63,902 nucleotides of DNA, filler included, from Octopus bimaculoides (GCF_001194135.2; 7 parts of 7 records of this genome joined end to end with filler, not necessarily neighbours in it); one strand, 5' to 3'. Positions 11,518 to 24,690 are shown, counted from the first letter of the whole stretch. The notes: generated by a model from the letters alone, not told the origin. Made by a program: numbers and translations.

Positions 11518-13019
11518 AACTGAACCTATAGTGCCGAAGGAACCGCGGTTTCTTCTTAAAGACCATATATATATTATACATATATATATGTATATATATA
11601 TCATATATATATATATATATATACTATATATATATTATATACATATATATATTATATAGATTGTACATATATGTATGGATATATGCATATATTTATATAT
11701 TATTTATATTATTATATGATCGAACGCCATGCATCCTTCTCCAAGTGTTTATCTAAAATAATTACTATGCGCACTCTACTACTATTACTATCACTTCCCT
11801 GTCCATCTCTCTCCCTCTCTTGTTCTTCATCCTTTCTGTTTTCTCTCCCACCCTTTCCCTCTCTTCTCTCTCTCACTCTTCCTCCTTGACCCTCTCGTCG
11901 CTGACACGTGATGAAAGGGATTCTTTCTTTCTATCCGCTGGCTTCCTATAAAGAAGACATGATTTTTCTGTGTCTTGTCTCTGCTCTCATTCACGTCTAC
12001 TAGCGTTCAAAAAAATAATAATTTTTCTATCGTCTTGGCCTAACAGCCCTTATTGTTTCTTTTCACTGTCTTCTCTTTACTGTCTTGTTCTTGTTAACAC
12101 TTTCACCCTCCGCAAAAAATTCCAAATTTTATGTGGTTTGCTTTGCAGGAAGGACTGTTCCAATGAAGTTGCGTATTGTCCTTGACTTCAAAATGCGGAG
12201 TAGATGGACAAGGACAACTGATGAAGGGAAATATTCTTTATGTTGCATGTTTCGTTTCTCTGTTTTTTTCGCTGTTCGAAAAAAAGTTTGTTTTCTGTTT
12301 TCGTTTCTCATTGTTTGACATTTTTTTGTGATGTCCTGTACCCATATATGCATGTATGTGTACATATATATATGGATATATGCATGTATTTATATATTAT
12401 TTATATTATTACATCATATATANNNNNNNNNNNNNNNNNNNNNNNNNNNNNNNNNNNNNNNNNNNNNNNNNNNNNNNNNNNNNNNNNNNNNNNNNNNNNN
12501 NNNNNNNNNNNNNNNNNNNNNNNNNNNNNNNNNNNNNNNNNNNNNNNNNNNNNNNNNNNNNNNNNNNNNNNNNNNNNNNNNNNNNNNNNNNNNNNNNNNN
12601 NNNNNNNNNNNNNNNNNNNNNNNNNNNNNNNNNNNNNNNNNNNNNNNNNNNNNNNNNNNNNNNNNNNNNNNNNNNNNNNNNNNNNNNNNNNNNNNNNNNN
12701 NNNNNNNNNNNNNNNNNNNNNNNNNNNNNNNNNNNNNNNNNNNNNNNNNNNNNNNNNNNNNNNNNNNNNNNNNNNNNNNNNNNNNNNNNNNNNNNNNNNN
12801 NNNNNNNNNNNNNNNNNNNNNNNNNNNNNNNNNNNNNNNNNNNNNNNNNNNNNNNNNNNNNNNNNNNNNNNNNNNNNNNNNNNNNNNNNNNNNNNNNNNN
12901 NNNNNNNNNNNNNNNNNNNNNNNNNNNNNNNNNNNNNNNNNNNNNNNNATTTATATCAATATAAAGAACCATCGATAAGATGTGAAGTTAAAAAATGTTT
13001 TTATATATATTGGACTAAA

Positions 13020-13400
13020 AATTATTTTAAATTATCTTAAAATTAAAATTAAAGCTAATATATCTAATATTATTTAAAGGACACATGAGAGATAAAATTT
13101 ATCTTATAACTACTATAAAAGAATTGATACATAGGATTATCATGGTTTATAATGATGGACTCATTAAGGTTTAAGAAACTGGTAAATTGAATGATTGGAA
13201 TTAACATAGAATTATAATGGTGAAAATTAAAACTTATATATCTAATATCATTTAAAGGACATATAAGAGATAAATTTATTTTATAACTAACGTAAAGAAT
13301 TAATATATAGGATTTACATAGTTTATAATAATGGGCTCATCAAGGTTTTAAGAACCTAATAAAATGAATGGTTGGGATTAACAAAGAATACAATAGCAGT
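13020..13400 (-). repeat. Diverged tandem duplication of about 185 bp
   Basis: AAAATTAAA..TATATCTAATAT.ATTTAAAGGACA block repeated at about 13025 and 13223. Confidence 0.8.
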
Positions 13401-13587
13401 TCAAACAATTAATAGAGAACATGATAATTATGTACTAGTTTAATTACATTATCTTAAATGATCAGGAACTTGTGTCAACAAGTTCAGAATAATAATGGAA
13501 CAACGATTAGATTTATTTAAGTCAACCATAGAATAACATTAACAATACCACTACAAGCCATGGAATAATGGAATAATAAGGATCTTT

Positions 13588-14265
13588 GGATCTTGTTGGT
13601 TTGATGGGCAACATTTTTCATTAATGTTTTATGTAGTGTTTTTGGTACCGAAACACTTTCAAACTTCGTATACTTGTATATTTTGTATTATAGAACAGAT
13701 AAAATTTCTTGTATTCGAAGTTATTTCATGTAAAAAGTTGTCGTATTTCGGTAATTTCAACCAATCACTGACGTCTATTGAGGTGAAAACAATTAATGTC
13801 GTGGAATGTAAACAACGGTGTCATGGGATCTTTTCCCTTGAATAAAATTAGTGCAGTTGTTTGTCAACAACAACTACCCATGTTACTCTTATTTATGACA
13901 TCGTTCGTGCNNNNNNNNNNCCATAACCTCACTCATAACCCTAACCCTAACCCCAACCATAACCCTAAAACCCTAAACCCTTACTAGGGAATAATGATAT
14001 AATTAAACAGGGAATAACACTCTTGACACTGGTAAAAATTATTGTTTATAAAAAGAGCACTAACTGTATTCAGCTGAATAGACGTCAGTGATTGGTTGAA
14101 ATTACAGAAATACGACAACTTTAACATGAAATAACTTATTAAGAACTAATTTTTGTTAAGAAGGCTAAGAGAAAAAGATGTTTTATATGACACATTCTAC
14201 CAGTATCCCAAGTTTGAAAGTGTTTCATTAAGAAACAAGTGTTGCCCGTCAAACCAAAAAGATCC
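13588..14265. mobile_element. Non-autonomous TIR element (about 200-bp TIRs, 8-bp TSD; Merlin-like)
   Basis: Ends GGATCTTGTTGGTTTGATGGGCAAC and GTTGCCCGTCAAACCAAAAAGATCC. TSD GGATCTTT at 13580-13587 and 14266-14273. Confidence 0.8.
13921..13985 (-). repeat. Degenerate interstitial (TTAGGG)n-like repeats
   Basis: CATAACCCTAACCCTAACCCCAACCATAACCCTAAAACCCTAAACCC. Confidence 0.75.
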
Positions 14266-14689
14266 GGATCTTTTAGGGTCAGGCATTAAATAAAATTTAC
14301 AAGGTTTGAAAACTAATTAAAAACTATTAAGAACTTTCAAAACATTCTATTCTTTTAAGTTAAATAAAGTAAAAATAAGTAAGATACATACTAAAACTAA
14401 CAGCAATAGCAGAAGTGATGTGAAAAGTATACTATTCATGGATAAAGTTGAAATTTTAGTTATCACAGGAAGATTATACATTCAGGTGAGAGATCAAAAA
14501 TATGTTATAAAGCTTCAATTGCAATTTAAATATGTGCTAATTAATAGCTTAATATAAACATGGTAGATGTTGAAATACCACATTATTTAAGTTTGCTACT
14601 TTTTAAAATATTTAAAAGTGTGAGTAGAACAGTGTACACACAATACTCTAAGGTCTAATTTATTATTAATCAGGTTAGAATTGTTTCTA

Positions 14690-16654
14690 AGTTTAAAAAT
14701 TTCATGTTTCCATGGAACATAATTCACATACATATCTGCTATTTCTATAAGGTTGGGCTTTTCTTATAATTTCCCATTTAAGGCTAAAACTAGTACCACT
14801 TTCCTTTAATTCCCAAATTTTATTTGCTAATGACGTACTATTTGCCTTATGTTTTAGTCTAAAAGACGACAAGTGATTATATATGCGCTGTTTCAAATTA
14901 GTCGTACATCCCACGTAAATAAAATTATCAGTTATAGTACTTAATGTGCATTTATAAACTACATTACAAGTGAGACATCGGCCTAATAACGGACAACAGG
15001 ACTTATTTCTATAATTGCAACTAGTGTAACTATCAACAACACCTATATTATTACTAAGATTTACATTATTGTTGTTACAATTATTCAGATTAATATTATT
15101 TCCCCTATTATTAATTCTATTAGGTTTATTTTGATAACTTTTATTACTAACTCCATTTCTAACGTGCTATCAGATAGAATTATTCCTGCAGCATCAGGCA
15201 TACTAATATTATCTATTTCCATATATGAATTAGATCCATAATTCACACCATTTACTTCAATTATACTTTCAACATCAATACCACTATATTCATTTTGTTG
15301 GTTTAAGTTATGGTTGACAGGACTAAGTATATTGCTATTACCTTCATAATTGCTATTGTCATTGTTATTTCCACTGACATTGGTTAAATTATTATTTATA
15401 TTCCTATAACTATTTCCACCATTCTTATTTTCATTGATTCTAGCTAATCTTTATGTTTTTTCTATTTAACCTAGCTATGATTGTACCTATATTAGGGTAG
15501 AGTAAGAAATTTGGACTGTATGACATGAAAAGATTCTATTATATCTGTAGGAAGAAGGAAAATTTTTTTGTAGAATATCCATAAATTTTTTGTAAATATT
15601 TGTGGATACCGCACAGTTGAAAGGGATATTAAGCCAGACAGGATTTTTACTTTTAAATTTATTGTGTGAATGAGTACAGGATATGCTTTGATTACCATTA
15701 TTTTCTAGGACAATATTATTATTATGATTTGCAGATTTTTTTGTGGAATCCTTATTATTTTGTAGAGTAACTATNNNNNNNNNNNNNNNNNNNNNNNNNN
15801 NNNNNNNNNNNNNNNNNNNNNNNNNNNNNNNNNNNNNNNNNNNNNNNNNNNNNNNNNNNNNNNNNNNNNNNNNNNNNNNNNNNNNNNNNNNNNNNNNNNN
15901 NNNNNNNNNNNNNNNNNNNNNNNNNNNNNNNNNNNNNNTGTATAAACCGCCCTGTAGCTCCAGGATTTCTTTATTTAAGCTATATAAGAGGTACGCTCCT
16001 ACTAGATTCGTAATTTTGGCCGAGTCGCTCAACTCCATCGCTATATCAAAGTTGTCTGGAGTATCGGCTCGAGTCCAGAGTTTTTAATCAAATTCAATAA
16101 TAGTTCTTCTAGCTAACAGAATAATATCGATTTTATCCCTAGTAATAAGAGAGCGATTTTTAGCAAAAATAAGAGCCTTATTTAGAAGTATTGGGGATAT
16201 GCTTGAATAATAACTATTTATGCCAAATTGGATGAAAGAATAATGACCAGTGTTATCAATAGATCCAAACCAGTTAAGTACCTCATCAGTATCAGTCCAT
16301 AATTTTAATGTTAAGTTGGGAATTATAAAGGGTAAAATATTGTCAAGAATAAGTTTACTAAGTCTGCCAATGTTAGACCCAGTTGGGCAAATAAGTCTGA
16401 CAGTCGGGTTTTCCTGCAAGTTTTTTTGTGGTCTTTCAAATTAATTCTAGGTTCGCATGGTGTTAGTGGTTCAGTTCTATCTGCCAAGTCATCGTCCATC
16501 ATAACTTTCTTGATTTTCAAATTAATATCCGATAGAATCCTTTTAGAAGTTACTTTGTATTTAGCATTAAGTTCTTTCATTATAAGTTTCTTATAGGTAG
16601 TGTAGTCAAGTCTAAATAAATTTCCTGTTTTATCTGCTGAGACTAGAATACCTG

Positions 16655-16660
<6 letters not shown>
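14690..16660 (-). mobile_element. Penelope-like element, Naiad-type (RT plus GIY-YIG), degenerate
   Basis: RT motifs RLICPTGSNIGRLSKLILD, FIQFGINSYYSSI, DSAKITNLVGAYLL...GGLY; linker WLNIPFN; endonuclease YVGCTTNLKQRIYNH...SLANKIWELK...WEII...CELC. Confidence 0.88.
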
Positions 16661-16685
<25 letters not shown>

Positions 16686-16689
16686 TACT

Positions 16690-16883
16690 CTTTTACTTGT
16701 TTCAGTCATTTGACTGTGGCCATGCTGGAGCACCGCCTTTAGTTGAGCAAGTCGACCCCGGGACTTATTCTTTGTAAGCCTAGTACTTATTCTATCGGTC
16801 TCTTTTTGCCGAACCGCTAAGTGACGAGGACATAAACACACACCAGCATCAGTTGTCAAGCAATGCTAGGGGGACAAACACAG

Positions 16884-16916
<33 letters not shown>

Positions 16917-16963
16917 CATACATATATGCGACGGGCTTCTTTCAGTTTCCGTCTACCAAATCC
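16690..16963 (-). mobile_element. tRNA-type SINE with internal microsatellite
   Basis: Same family as 1738 and 55415. Confidence 0.8.
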
Positions 16964-17660
16964 NNNNNNNNNNNNNNNNNNNNNNNNNNNNNNNNNNNNN
17001 NNNNNNNNNNNNNNNNNNNNNNNNNNNNNNNNNNNNNNNNNNNNNNNNNNNNNNNNNNNNNNNNNNNNNNNNNNNNNNNNNNNNNNNNNNNNNNNNNNNN
17101 NNNNNNNNNNNNNNNNNNNNNNNNNNNNNNNNNNNNNNNNNNNNNNNNNNNNNNNNNNNNNNNNNNNNNNNNNNNNNNNNNNNNNNNNNNNNNNNNNNNN
17201 NNNNNNNNNNNNNNNNNNNNNNNNNNNNNNNNNNNNNNNNNNNNNNNNNNNNNNNNNNNNNNNNNNNNNNNNNNNNNNNNNNNNNNNNNNNNNNNNNNNN
17301 NNNNNNNNNNNNNNNNNNNNNNNNNNNNNNNNNNNNNNNNNNNNNNNNNNNNNNNNNNNNNNNNNNNNNNNNNNNNNNNNNNNNNNNNNNNNNNNNNNNN
17401 NNNNNNNNNNNNNNNNNNNNNNNNNNNNNNNNNNNNNNNNNNNNNNNNNNNNNNNNNNNNNNNNNNNNNNNNNNNNNNNNNNNNNNNNNNNNNNNNNNNN
17501 NNNNNNNNNNNNNNNNNNNNNNNNNNNNNNNNNNNNNNNNNNNNNNNNNNNNNNNNNNNNNNNNNNNNNNNNNNNNNNNNNNNNNNNNNNNNNNNATATA
17601 TATATATATATATATATTTGTTTTGCAAGATTTTTGGTGTGAAATCGTGTGTTGAAACAG

Positions 17661-18645
17661 ATGTTGTTGTACTTGGGGATGGTCATATTGCCAGTTTAGC
17701 CAATAAAAACACACGCACTGTATATTTGGTGTTAATTTGCTTCAGCTTTATATTACATTATGTACATTATGTACATCTTATACTATAGACCATATTTCTG
17801 GTTTTACAGTTTGTTTGTGGGCTAAATCTACATACAGTACAGTTCCTGTCAGTGCAGGGGGTTCTACTAAAAGGGTATGTTCTATTGATAAGGGATTTGG
17901 TAGGGTTGCCTGGTCTTTCAACAACCTTAATTCTTAGCTTAAGTTTGTCTAGGGCCCTTCTAAAGCGGTACGCCAGTTCAGCTCTAGGGGTGGTGTCGAC
18001 AAACATGACACTCTGGTATTTGTGGCTATCATACCATGAGTTGGCCTTCCCTATTTTCTTCTTAATCCTTTCAATGGTGTTCCATGATTTGCTCCTATAG
18101 AGTGAGCAAATCCTATTCCTATCGTTACGTTTGATTGTTTCAAATTTCTTCATAGCTCCTTTGTATACTCTGATCCTTTCTTTATGGCTGTAACCTGAGA
18201 ACTGCATGCGGTGAACGAAATGTTGTATATGTTTCTTTAATTCTGTAGGGTTTCACATGCAGGACACATTTTGCATTACTCTGACAAGGTCTGCTATCAA
18301 TATATTGAATTTGGCATTGTCCGCAATAGCCGAGTTCTGGTCGATCAGGTATTTGGAGGCCATAGGTTTTGTGCAGTGTGAATGGAGGATTCGGGTTTTA
18401 TTATTCGCAGTTTCTAGCCAGAGTTCAGTATCTAGTACAGGTAATCTATGGTTAGAGTGTTTAGTAGGGTAGTCTATCATAACCTTAATACTCTGGTGGA
18501 TGAGGTCACAGAAGTGTGATGAAAGAACTCTGGCCGAAATAGGATTAATGTAATATAATGAAATATAATGCTGAAGCAAATTAACACCAAATATACAGTG
18601 TGTGTGTTTTTATTGGCTAAACTGGCAATATGACCATCCCCAAGT

Positions 18646-18655
<10 letters not shown>
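17661..18655 (-). mobile_element. Penelope fragment (RT thumb, Zn knuckle, start of GIY-YIG) with inverted terminal repeats
   Basis: ORFs ...LPVLDTELW...KPMASKYLI and QFSGYS...LYRSKSW...VMFVDTTP...CTDRNCTVC...VYSIRCT. About 110-bp inverted arms at 17661-17770 and 18548-18655. Confidence 0.85.
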
Positions 18656-18687
<32 letters not shown>

Positions 18688-18688
<1 letters not shown>

Positions 18689-19016
18689 ATACTACCAGCT
18701 AAACCCGGTTTCACCAGGTCTGTTTGGATGATGTGGCTGTGATCGTTTTTCGGTTAGGCATAATCTATAACACCATTTCTCAACCTTATCATTTCGGGTC
18801 CCCTCTTTCAATTATTGGAGCCTGTAGCTGTATGAAGATTTCACCACCACCCTCCATCAGAAATTGACTTCCGGAGTTGTGAAGAAAGAATTTGTACGTA
18901 GTCTGTTTCTGAGAGCTATTCTATTGGATGTCTGTCTAATCATTAAAACATTTATTNNNNNNNNNNCAGTGTGTGTGTTTTTATTGGCTAAACTGGCAAT
19001 ATGACCATCCCCAAGT

Positions 19017-19059
<43 letters not shown>

Positions 19060-20600
19060 ATACTACCAGCTAAACCCGGTTTCACCAGGTCTGTTTGGAT
19101 GATGTGGCTGTGATCGTTTTTCGGTTAGGCATAATCTATAACACCATTTCTCAACCTTATCATTTCGGGTCCCCTCTTTCAATTATTGGAGCCTGTAGCT
19201 GTATGAAGATTTCACCACCACCCTCCATCAGAAATTGACTTCCGGAGTTGTGAAGAAAGAATTTGTACGTAGTCTGTTTCTGAGAGCTATTCTATTGGAT
19301 GTCTGTCTAATCATTAAAACATTTATTTAATTATGAACATAGAAGGAAATTATATATTAATCCCAATTTTTGTAAGCAGTTGTATGTGTAAAAATTTTAT
19401 TTGCAGGGAGCAGAAATTGAAAGATATATGAAATGAACGTGCGTGTGTATGTGTGTGTGTGTATGTGAAAGAGAAAGAGGGTGAGATAGAGTGAGTGAGT
19501 GAAGTTGTGTGTCATTGACTTACGTTGGCTGGCACAGCAAGCATGAAGCTTTTGAGGCAGCAGATGACTGGGTGATTTGGAAGATGTGAAGAAATGCCAT
19601 CTTTTCAGTGGAGCGCTTCTTTGTAGGCAACATTTCTCGTTTTCCCTTCTGATGCACAAATGTATAGACTTTGTGGCCTGCCAACATGGGAGCATCCAAC
19701 GTAAAGTTGACCATGGGAGAACACTTGCTCTGTGAGATTGAAACCAACCATTTGCAATGATTGACCCTGTGCCTTATAATTCTGCATATTATATAGTTTG
19801 AATGAGAAACTGTAAGGTGTGTGAGCAACTGGTTGTATTAATGGCAGAAGAAAGGGGAATTGCATTAGNNNNNNNNNNCGCAGGAAACAGCTTCAGATGT
19901 TGTGAAGAAAGAATTTCTAGGTAGTCTGTTTCTGAGAACTATTCTATTGGACCTCTGTCTAATCACATCTTTTAAGGTACACACACATACATAGAAAATG
20001 TGATGTCATGGTAGAAAATTTTTACGATAGTTGATTTATGGAAAAGATTATATTAAATGTTTGAAATGCAAATCTGTAAATGAAAAATAAGTTCAGACCT
20101 CTACATGGTAGGTAGACCTGGTAGAAATTGCAGCCAAATCTCCCTCAAAACACCCTACTGTATTAATGCGACAATTCTGTGTATTATGTAGTTTGAATGA
20201 GAAACTGTAAGGTGTGTGAGCAACTGGTTGTGTTAATGGCAGAAGAAAGGGGAATTGCATTAGAAAAAGTTTTAATCAATGTTCTCGGTAAGTATGGGGG
20301 CTAGGAAAAAATAGAAGAGGCATTAAGAAGTTGACATTAAGAATTGCTTTAACAGAAAATGAAACTGTAAGAATTAACGGGAAAATTGTATTAATAGCAG
20401 ACGTATCCAATTTAAGAAAAGTGAAGATAAAAGCTAAGTGAAGAAATAAGGGATAAGTAATTGTTATACGCTTATAGAAAAACAATTTATATTATAGAAT
20501 AGATACATACCTGTTGAAGCCGAAAATGTATGTGAGAGCTATTGTATTGGACATGTGTATAATCATAGAGAAAGTGAAAGACATATGAAATGGACGTGTG
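18688..20600. mobile_element. Fragments of a Helitron-like non-autonomous repeat
   Basis: Starts TATACTACCAGCTAAACCCGG...; repeated GAGCTATTCTATTGGA blocks; ends TTTATATTATAG. Superfamily assignment is inference. Confidence 0.35.
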
Positions 20601-21339
20601 TGTGTGTGTGTGTGTGTGCTTCTTGCGGCTAATTTGGCGGGAGTTTTGCAGTCAGCAGGAGGTGGTTTGTGTTTTATCTCTCGATCAATGGCCAGACAAG
20701 TGAAAATATTTTTTTAATATGTATTTTGGGGAAAAGGGATCTTTTGAAGTGGGCGTCAAATGAAAAGAGACATGGACAGTTTTATGACTGAACTTCGTTT
20801 GAAGTTGGCGTGAGATGGAAAAATTGATGTGTGTGCGTATGTGTGTGTGTGTTTGACCAGAGCTAGTAAGCTGGAAGGCTGCACCAGACTTCAGTCTAAT
20901 TTGGCATGGTTTCTGTGGCTGGATGCCCTTCCTAATGCCAACCACTCCAACAGTCTAGCGGTTGCTTTTACATGCCATTGGCATGGGTGCTTTTACGTGC
21001 CATTGGCATGGATGCTTTTTCTTAAAATTATGTATATGGTCAGTTATATACATATTGGTTGGCTAGTGAAGTAGGCTTATTGTGTTTATCAGACTTAAAA
21101 GAGCTGATGTGGTCTGAGTATCAATGTTTAACGTTAATAGTTGCTCAAAGTTAAACTTTGATAGAGTTTTGTTTAGCAACATTGAAATTTCTGCAGTTGG
21201 CTTGCAATGGACACCTTGCACATATTTTGGAGTTGCAATATATGTATCTATATGTCGCAATACTACATGATAACCTAACTGAAAAGAATTACAATGAGAC
21301 ATGCAAATCAACAAAAGTAAAGCAACTTGGTTGGCTAGT

Positions 21340-22180
21340 CATATATGGGGTTTGTAGACCAACTCCACACCACATAAAATCAGAGAGTAAGTGTCTTACG
21401 AGAAAAGTTGGGCATAAAAGCATTAGAAGTGGTGTGCAAAAGAGACGACTGTGCTGGTATGGTTATGTGATGCATATAGACAAGGACAGCTATGTAAAAA
21501 GTGCTGATCTGTAACTGTTGTAGAGGTTGACCCAGGAAGACATGGGAAGATGAGGTAGTGAAACCTGATCTTTGAACATTGGGTCTCACGGAGGCAATGA
21601 CTAGTGACCAAGACCTTTGGTAATATGCCATGCCTGAGAAGACCTGTCAAGCCAAATGCAATCATAGTTGTAGCTGACACCAATGTCACATATCTGGCAC
21701 CCATGCAGGTGGCATGTAAAAAGCACCTTTTGAGCATTGGGCCTCATGGAAGCAATGTGGCCAATGCCAGTGTTGCATAATTAGCACCTGTGCCAGTGTC
21801 ACATAACTAGCCTCTGTGCCAGTGGCACATAAAAAGTACCTTTCAAATGACTGAAACCTTTGGCATTATACCATGCTTGAGTAGAAGTCCCATCAAGCCA
21901 AGTGTAATTGTAGCTGTAGCAGATACTGGTGTCACACAATTAGCACCTGTGCCAATGGCACATAAAAGCATCCATGCCAATGGCACATAAAAGCACCCAT
22001 GCCAATGGCATGTAAAAGCAACCATTAGACTGTTGGAGTGGTTGGCATTAGGAAGGGCATCCAGCCATAGAAATCATGCTAAATTAGACTGAAGTCTGGT
22101 GCAGCCTTCCAGCTTATTAGCTCTGGTCAAACCATCCAACCCATGCCAGCATGGACAACGGATGTTAAATGATGATGATC
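21340..22180 (+). mobile_element. RTE LINE 3' end
   Basis: RKVGHKSIRSGVQKRRLCWYGYVMH...LGLTEAMTSDQDLW, followed by the RTE tail ending GATGTTAAATGATGATG. Confidence 0.85.
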
Positions 22181-22327
22181 ATCATCACAGTTGATGCTCT
22201 ACTGTCAACAATCACCTTTGACTGTCTGGGAGAAAAGAGCCTTGTAGTATATACAAGGTTAGGTAAACATAACAGGTGGTTTGGTAAATGTAACTGTAAA
22301 AATCTTAATTCTTATACATATATATAT

Positions 22328-22540
22328 CATCATCGTCGTCTAATGTCCACTTTCCATGCTAGCATGGGTTGGCCGATTTGACTGAGGACTGGTGAAACCG
22401 GATGGCAACACCAGGCTCCAATCTGATTTGGCAGAGTTTCTACAGCTGGATGCCCTTCCTAACGCCAACCACTCAGAAAGTGTAGTGGGTGCTTTTACGT
22501 GTGACCCTCATGAAGGCCAGTCAGGCGGTACTGGCAACTA
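22328..22540 (-). mobile_element. RTE-tailed SINE
   Basis: CATCATCGTCGTCTAATGTCCACTTTCCATGCTAGCATGGGTTGG motif. Confidence 0.75.
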
Positions 22541-22619
22541 TATATATATATATATATATTTTAAAAACACTGATTGTGGTCCAGAAGGCCAGAGACTATA
22601 CTCTTCTGCCAAGTGATTA

Positions 22620-23505
22620 AGTAGAGACAGTCACTGCCAACTTCTGCACAACATCCTTCCATCTTTTCTCATATATGCCTCGTGACTGATGTCTTCTCTC
22701 CAGCCCTATCTTGTACCTTAGATGGTATCCGAAGAAATACAGCAAGCCTGGGCCAGAGATGAAGGTTCCTGTCGCGACTCCTTTCATTCTGGTCCTCCAG
22801 GTACACTCTTTCATAACGGCGACTGTGCAGAGAAAATATGCCTCACCTTCCTTTGAAAGTTCGGTTGGCGGTACAGTCTTTATCACAAACTCAGCTGTAC
22901 TCTTCCTAGATGCAACAACACGTATTCAACGTAAATTATTAAACCGGAAATCTCCAGGCACTGTACAAGGGCATGCAGGACGGTTTCCTCACCCTGCCCA
23001 CATCTTGGGCATGTCAGTGACACTAGAATGCTGGGTCTGGACAATTTATCTCGAATGAGTAATGCATTCCTATAACAATGCCAAGTCAGGGATCTTTGGT
23101 AATTATCCAAATACTCTGGCTTGAAAGTTCTATGAAACAGGTTGGTTAGCTGGTTTTCATTGAACCCTAGAGTGTCGTCGCTCTTAAAAAAATACCAAGA
23201 TGGTATTCCTGCTGCCGGCTTTGCCCGCCCTTTGAATTAGCACAAGTGCCTGTTGGCACAAGTTTTTACCATCCAGTCGTGTTCTGTCTTTGAATCAAAT
23301 CTGGAGTAAATTCCTCCAAGGAGGCTGGTTGTGGTAAGAATTCTTCTGCAAGCGAATTCCACACCTGGCCACCATCCAAGTAGAGCCAGAGATGTCTTAG
23401 CCTCAGTGCATGTCTGCACATCATCAGCCACGGCATCCCTAACCCACCCTTTAGTGGTTCCTGGCAGCAAACGGTGCGCCTCACAAGCGGCTTTCCTCCC
23501 TTGTG
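22620..23505 (-). mobile_element. L1/Tx1-clade LINE C-terminal fragment (zf-RVT region)
   Basis: PLKGGLGMP.L and CPRCGQGEETVLHALVQC (CCHC-type zf-RVT) motifs. Confidence 0.75.
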
Positions 23506-23693
23506 CGGGTGTCACATAAAATGCACCATTTTGAGCGTGGCCATTGCCAGTATCGCCTGACTGGCTTCCGTAGGATTTTCGAGCGAGATCGTTNNNNNNN
23601 NNNNNNNNNNNNNNNNNNNNNNNNNNNNNNNNNNNNNTTAATTAATTAANNNNNNNNNNNNNNNNNNNNNNNNNNNNNNNNNNNNNNNNNNNN

Positions 23694-23739
<46 letters not shown>

Positions 23740-24614
23740 GTGTGTGAGTTTCAACTTTTATCTAATACTTTCCTCTATTTTATTCATTCTTCCTATATTT
23801 TATTCTTTCTTTTCCTTTGCAGCAAGACGTGGATAAATCACCACGGAATAGGATGCCCCTTATGTTTATTTAATCGCAAAATATAAGAAGGAAACACAAG
23901 TCTCTTCAGTACATAGCTCATCTTCTCCTCAACATAATTAAAGTTCATATAAACTTTAAGATATTTTGCCAGAGATTTTCTCTGGCAAAATTAGAGCGTA
24001 TATTTCCTTTAAAGAAACAACTGTGTAACATTAACTTTTGCTACGAATATTTCGGTTCATGAAGAGTGATTTCTGTCTGTATATAATGTATTCACTTTTT
24101 CAGGCTATTCACATTTAATGACGCATTGTAATAAAGGTTTGCACGGTTACAAGATTCCTCTTCAGAATTAACCGGATATGTCCTTCCTAATGATATTCAC
24201 AAATAATGATTATTAAGTTATTTGGATTAAGAGGAGATGGGGGGGGGGGATATATATTAATGTACTTTATTTTCTCGTTACCTTTACTATAAAGGCAATA
24301 AGTTCCAGTGATTAAATCTAGAGCTGTTCATCTATGTGTGCAGGTGTGTATGTGTCGTGTTGTATGCATATATACATACATATGTGTATATATATATATA
24401 TTTATATTCATGTATGTGTATGTATATACATACATATATATTCATATATATNNNNNNNNNNNNNNNNNNNNNNNNNNNNNNNNNNNNNNNNNNNNNNNNN
24501 NNNNNNNNNNNNNNNNNNNNNNNNNNNNNNNNNNNNNNNNNNNNNNNNNNNNNNNNNNNNNNNNNNNNNNNNNNNNNNNNNNNNNNNNNNNNNNNNNNNN
24601 NNNNNNNNNNNNNN

Positions 24615-24690
<76 letters not shown>

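Noticed and set aside
18596-19325. Exact 360-bp tandem duplication
   Set aside because: The copies are essentially identical and separated by a short N gap, which indicates overlapping contig ends.
21690-22020. Short spaced repeats (GTGCCAGTGGCACATAAAAGCA..) resembling an array
   Set aside because: This is a variable tandem motif within RTE/SINE 3' UTRs seen in several copies; there are no unique spacers or cas genes, and the context is eukaryotic.
23823-23905. Strong-looking acceptor followed by KTWINHHGIGCPLCLFNRKI
   Set aside because: All frames stop before a good donor; the resemblance to the beta PC..KLN motif is superficial.
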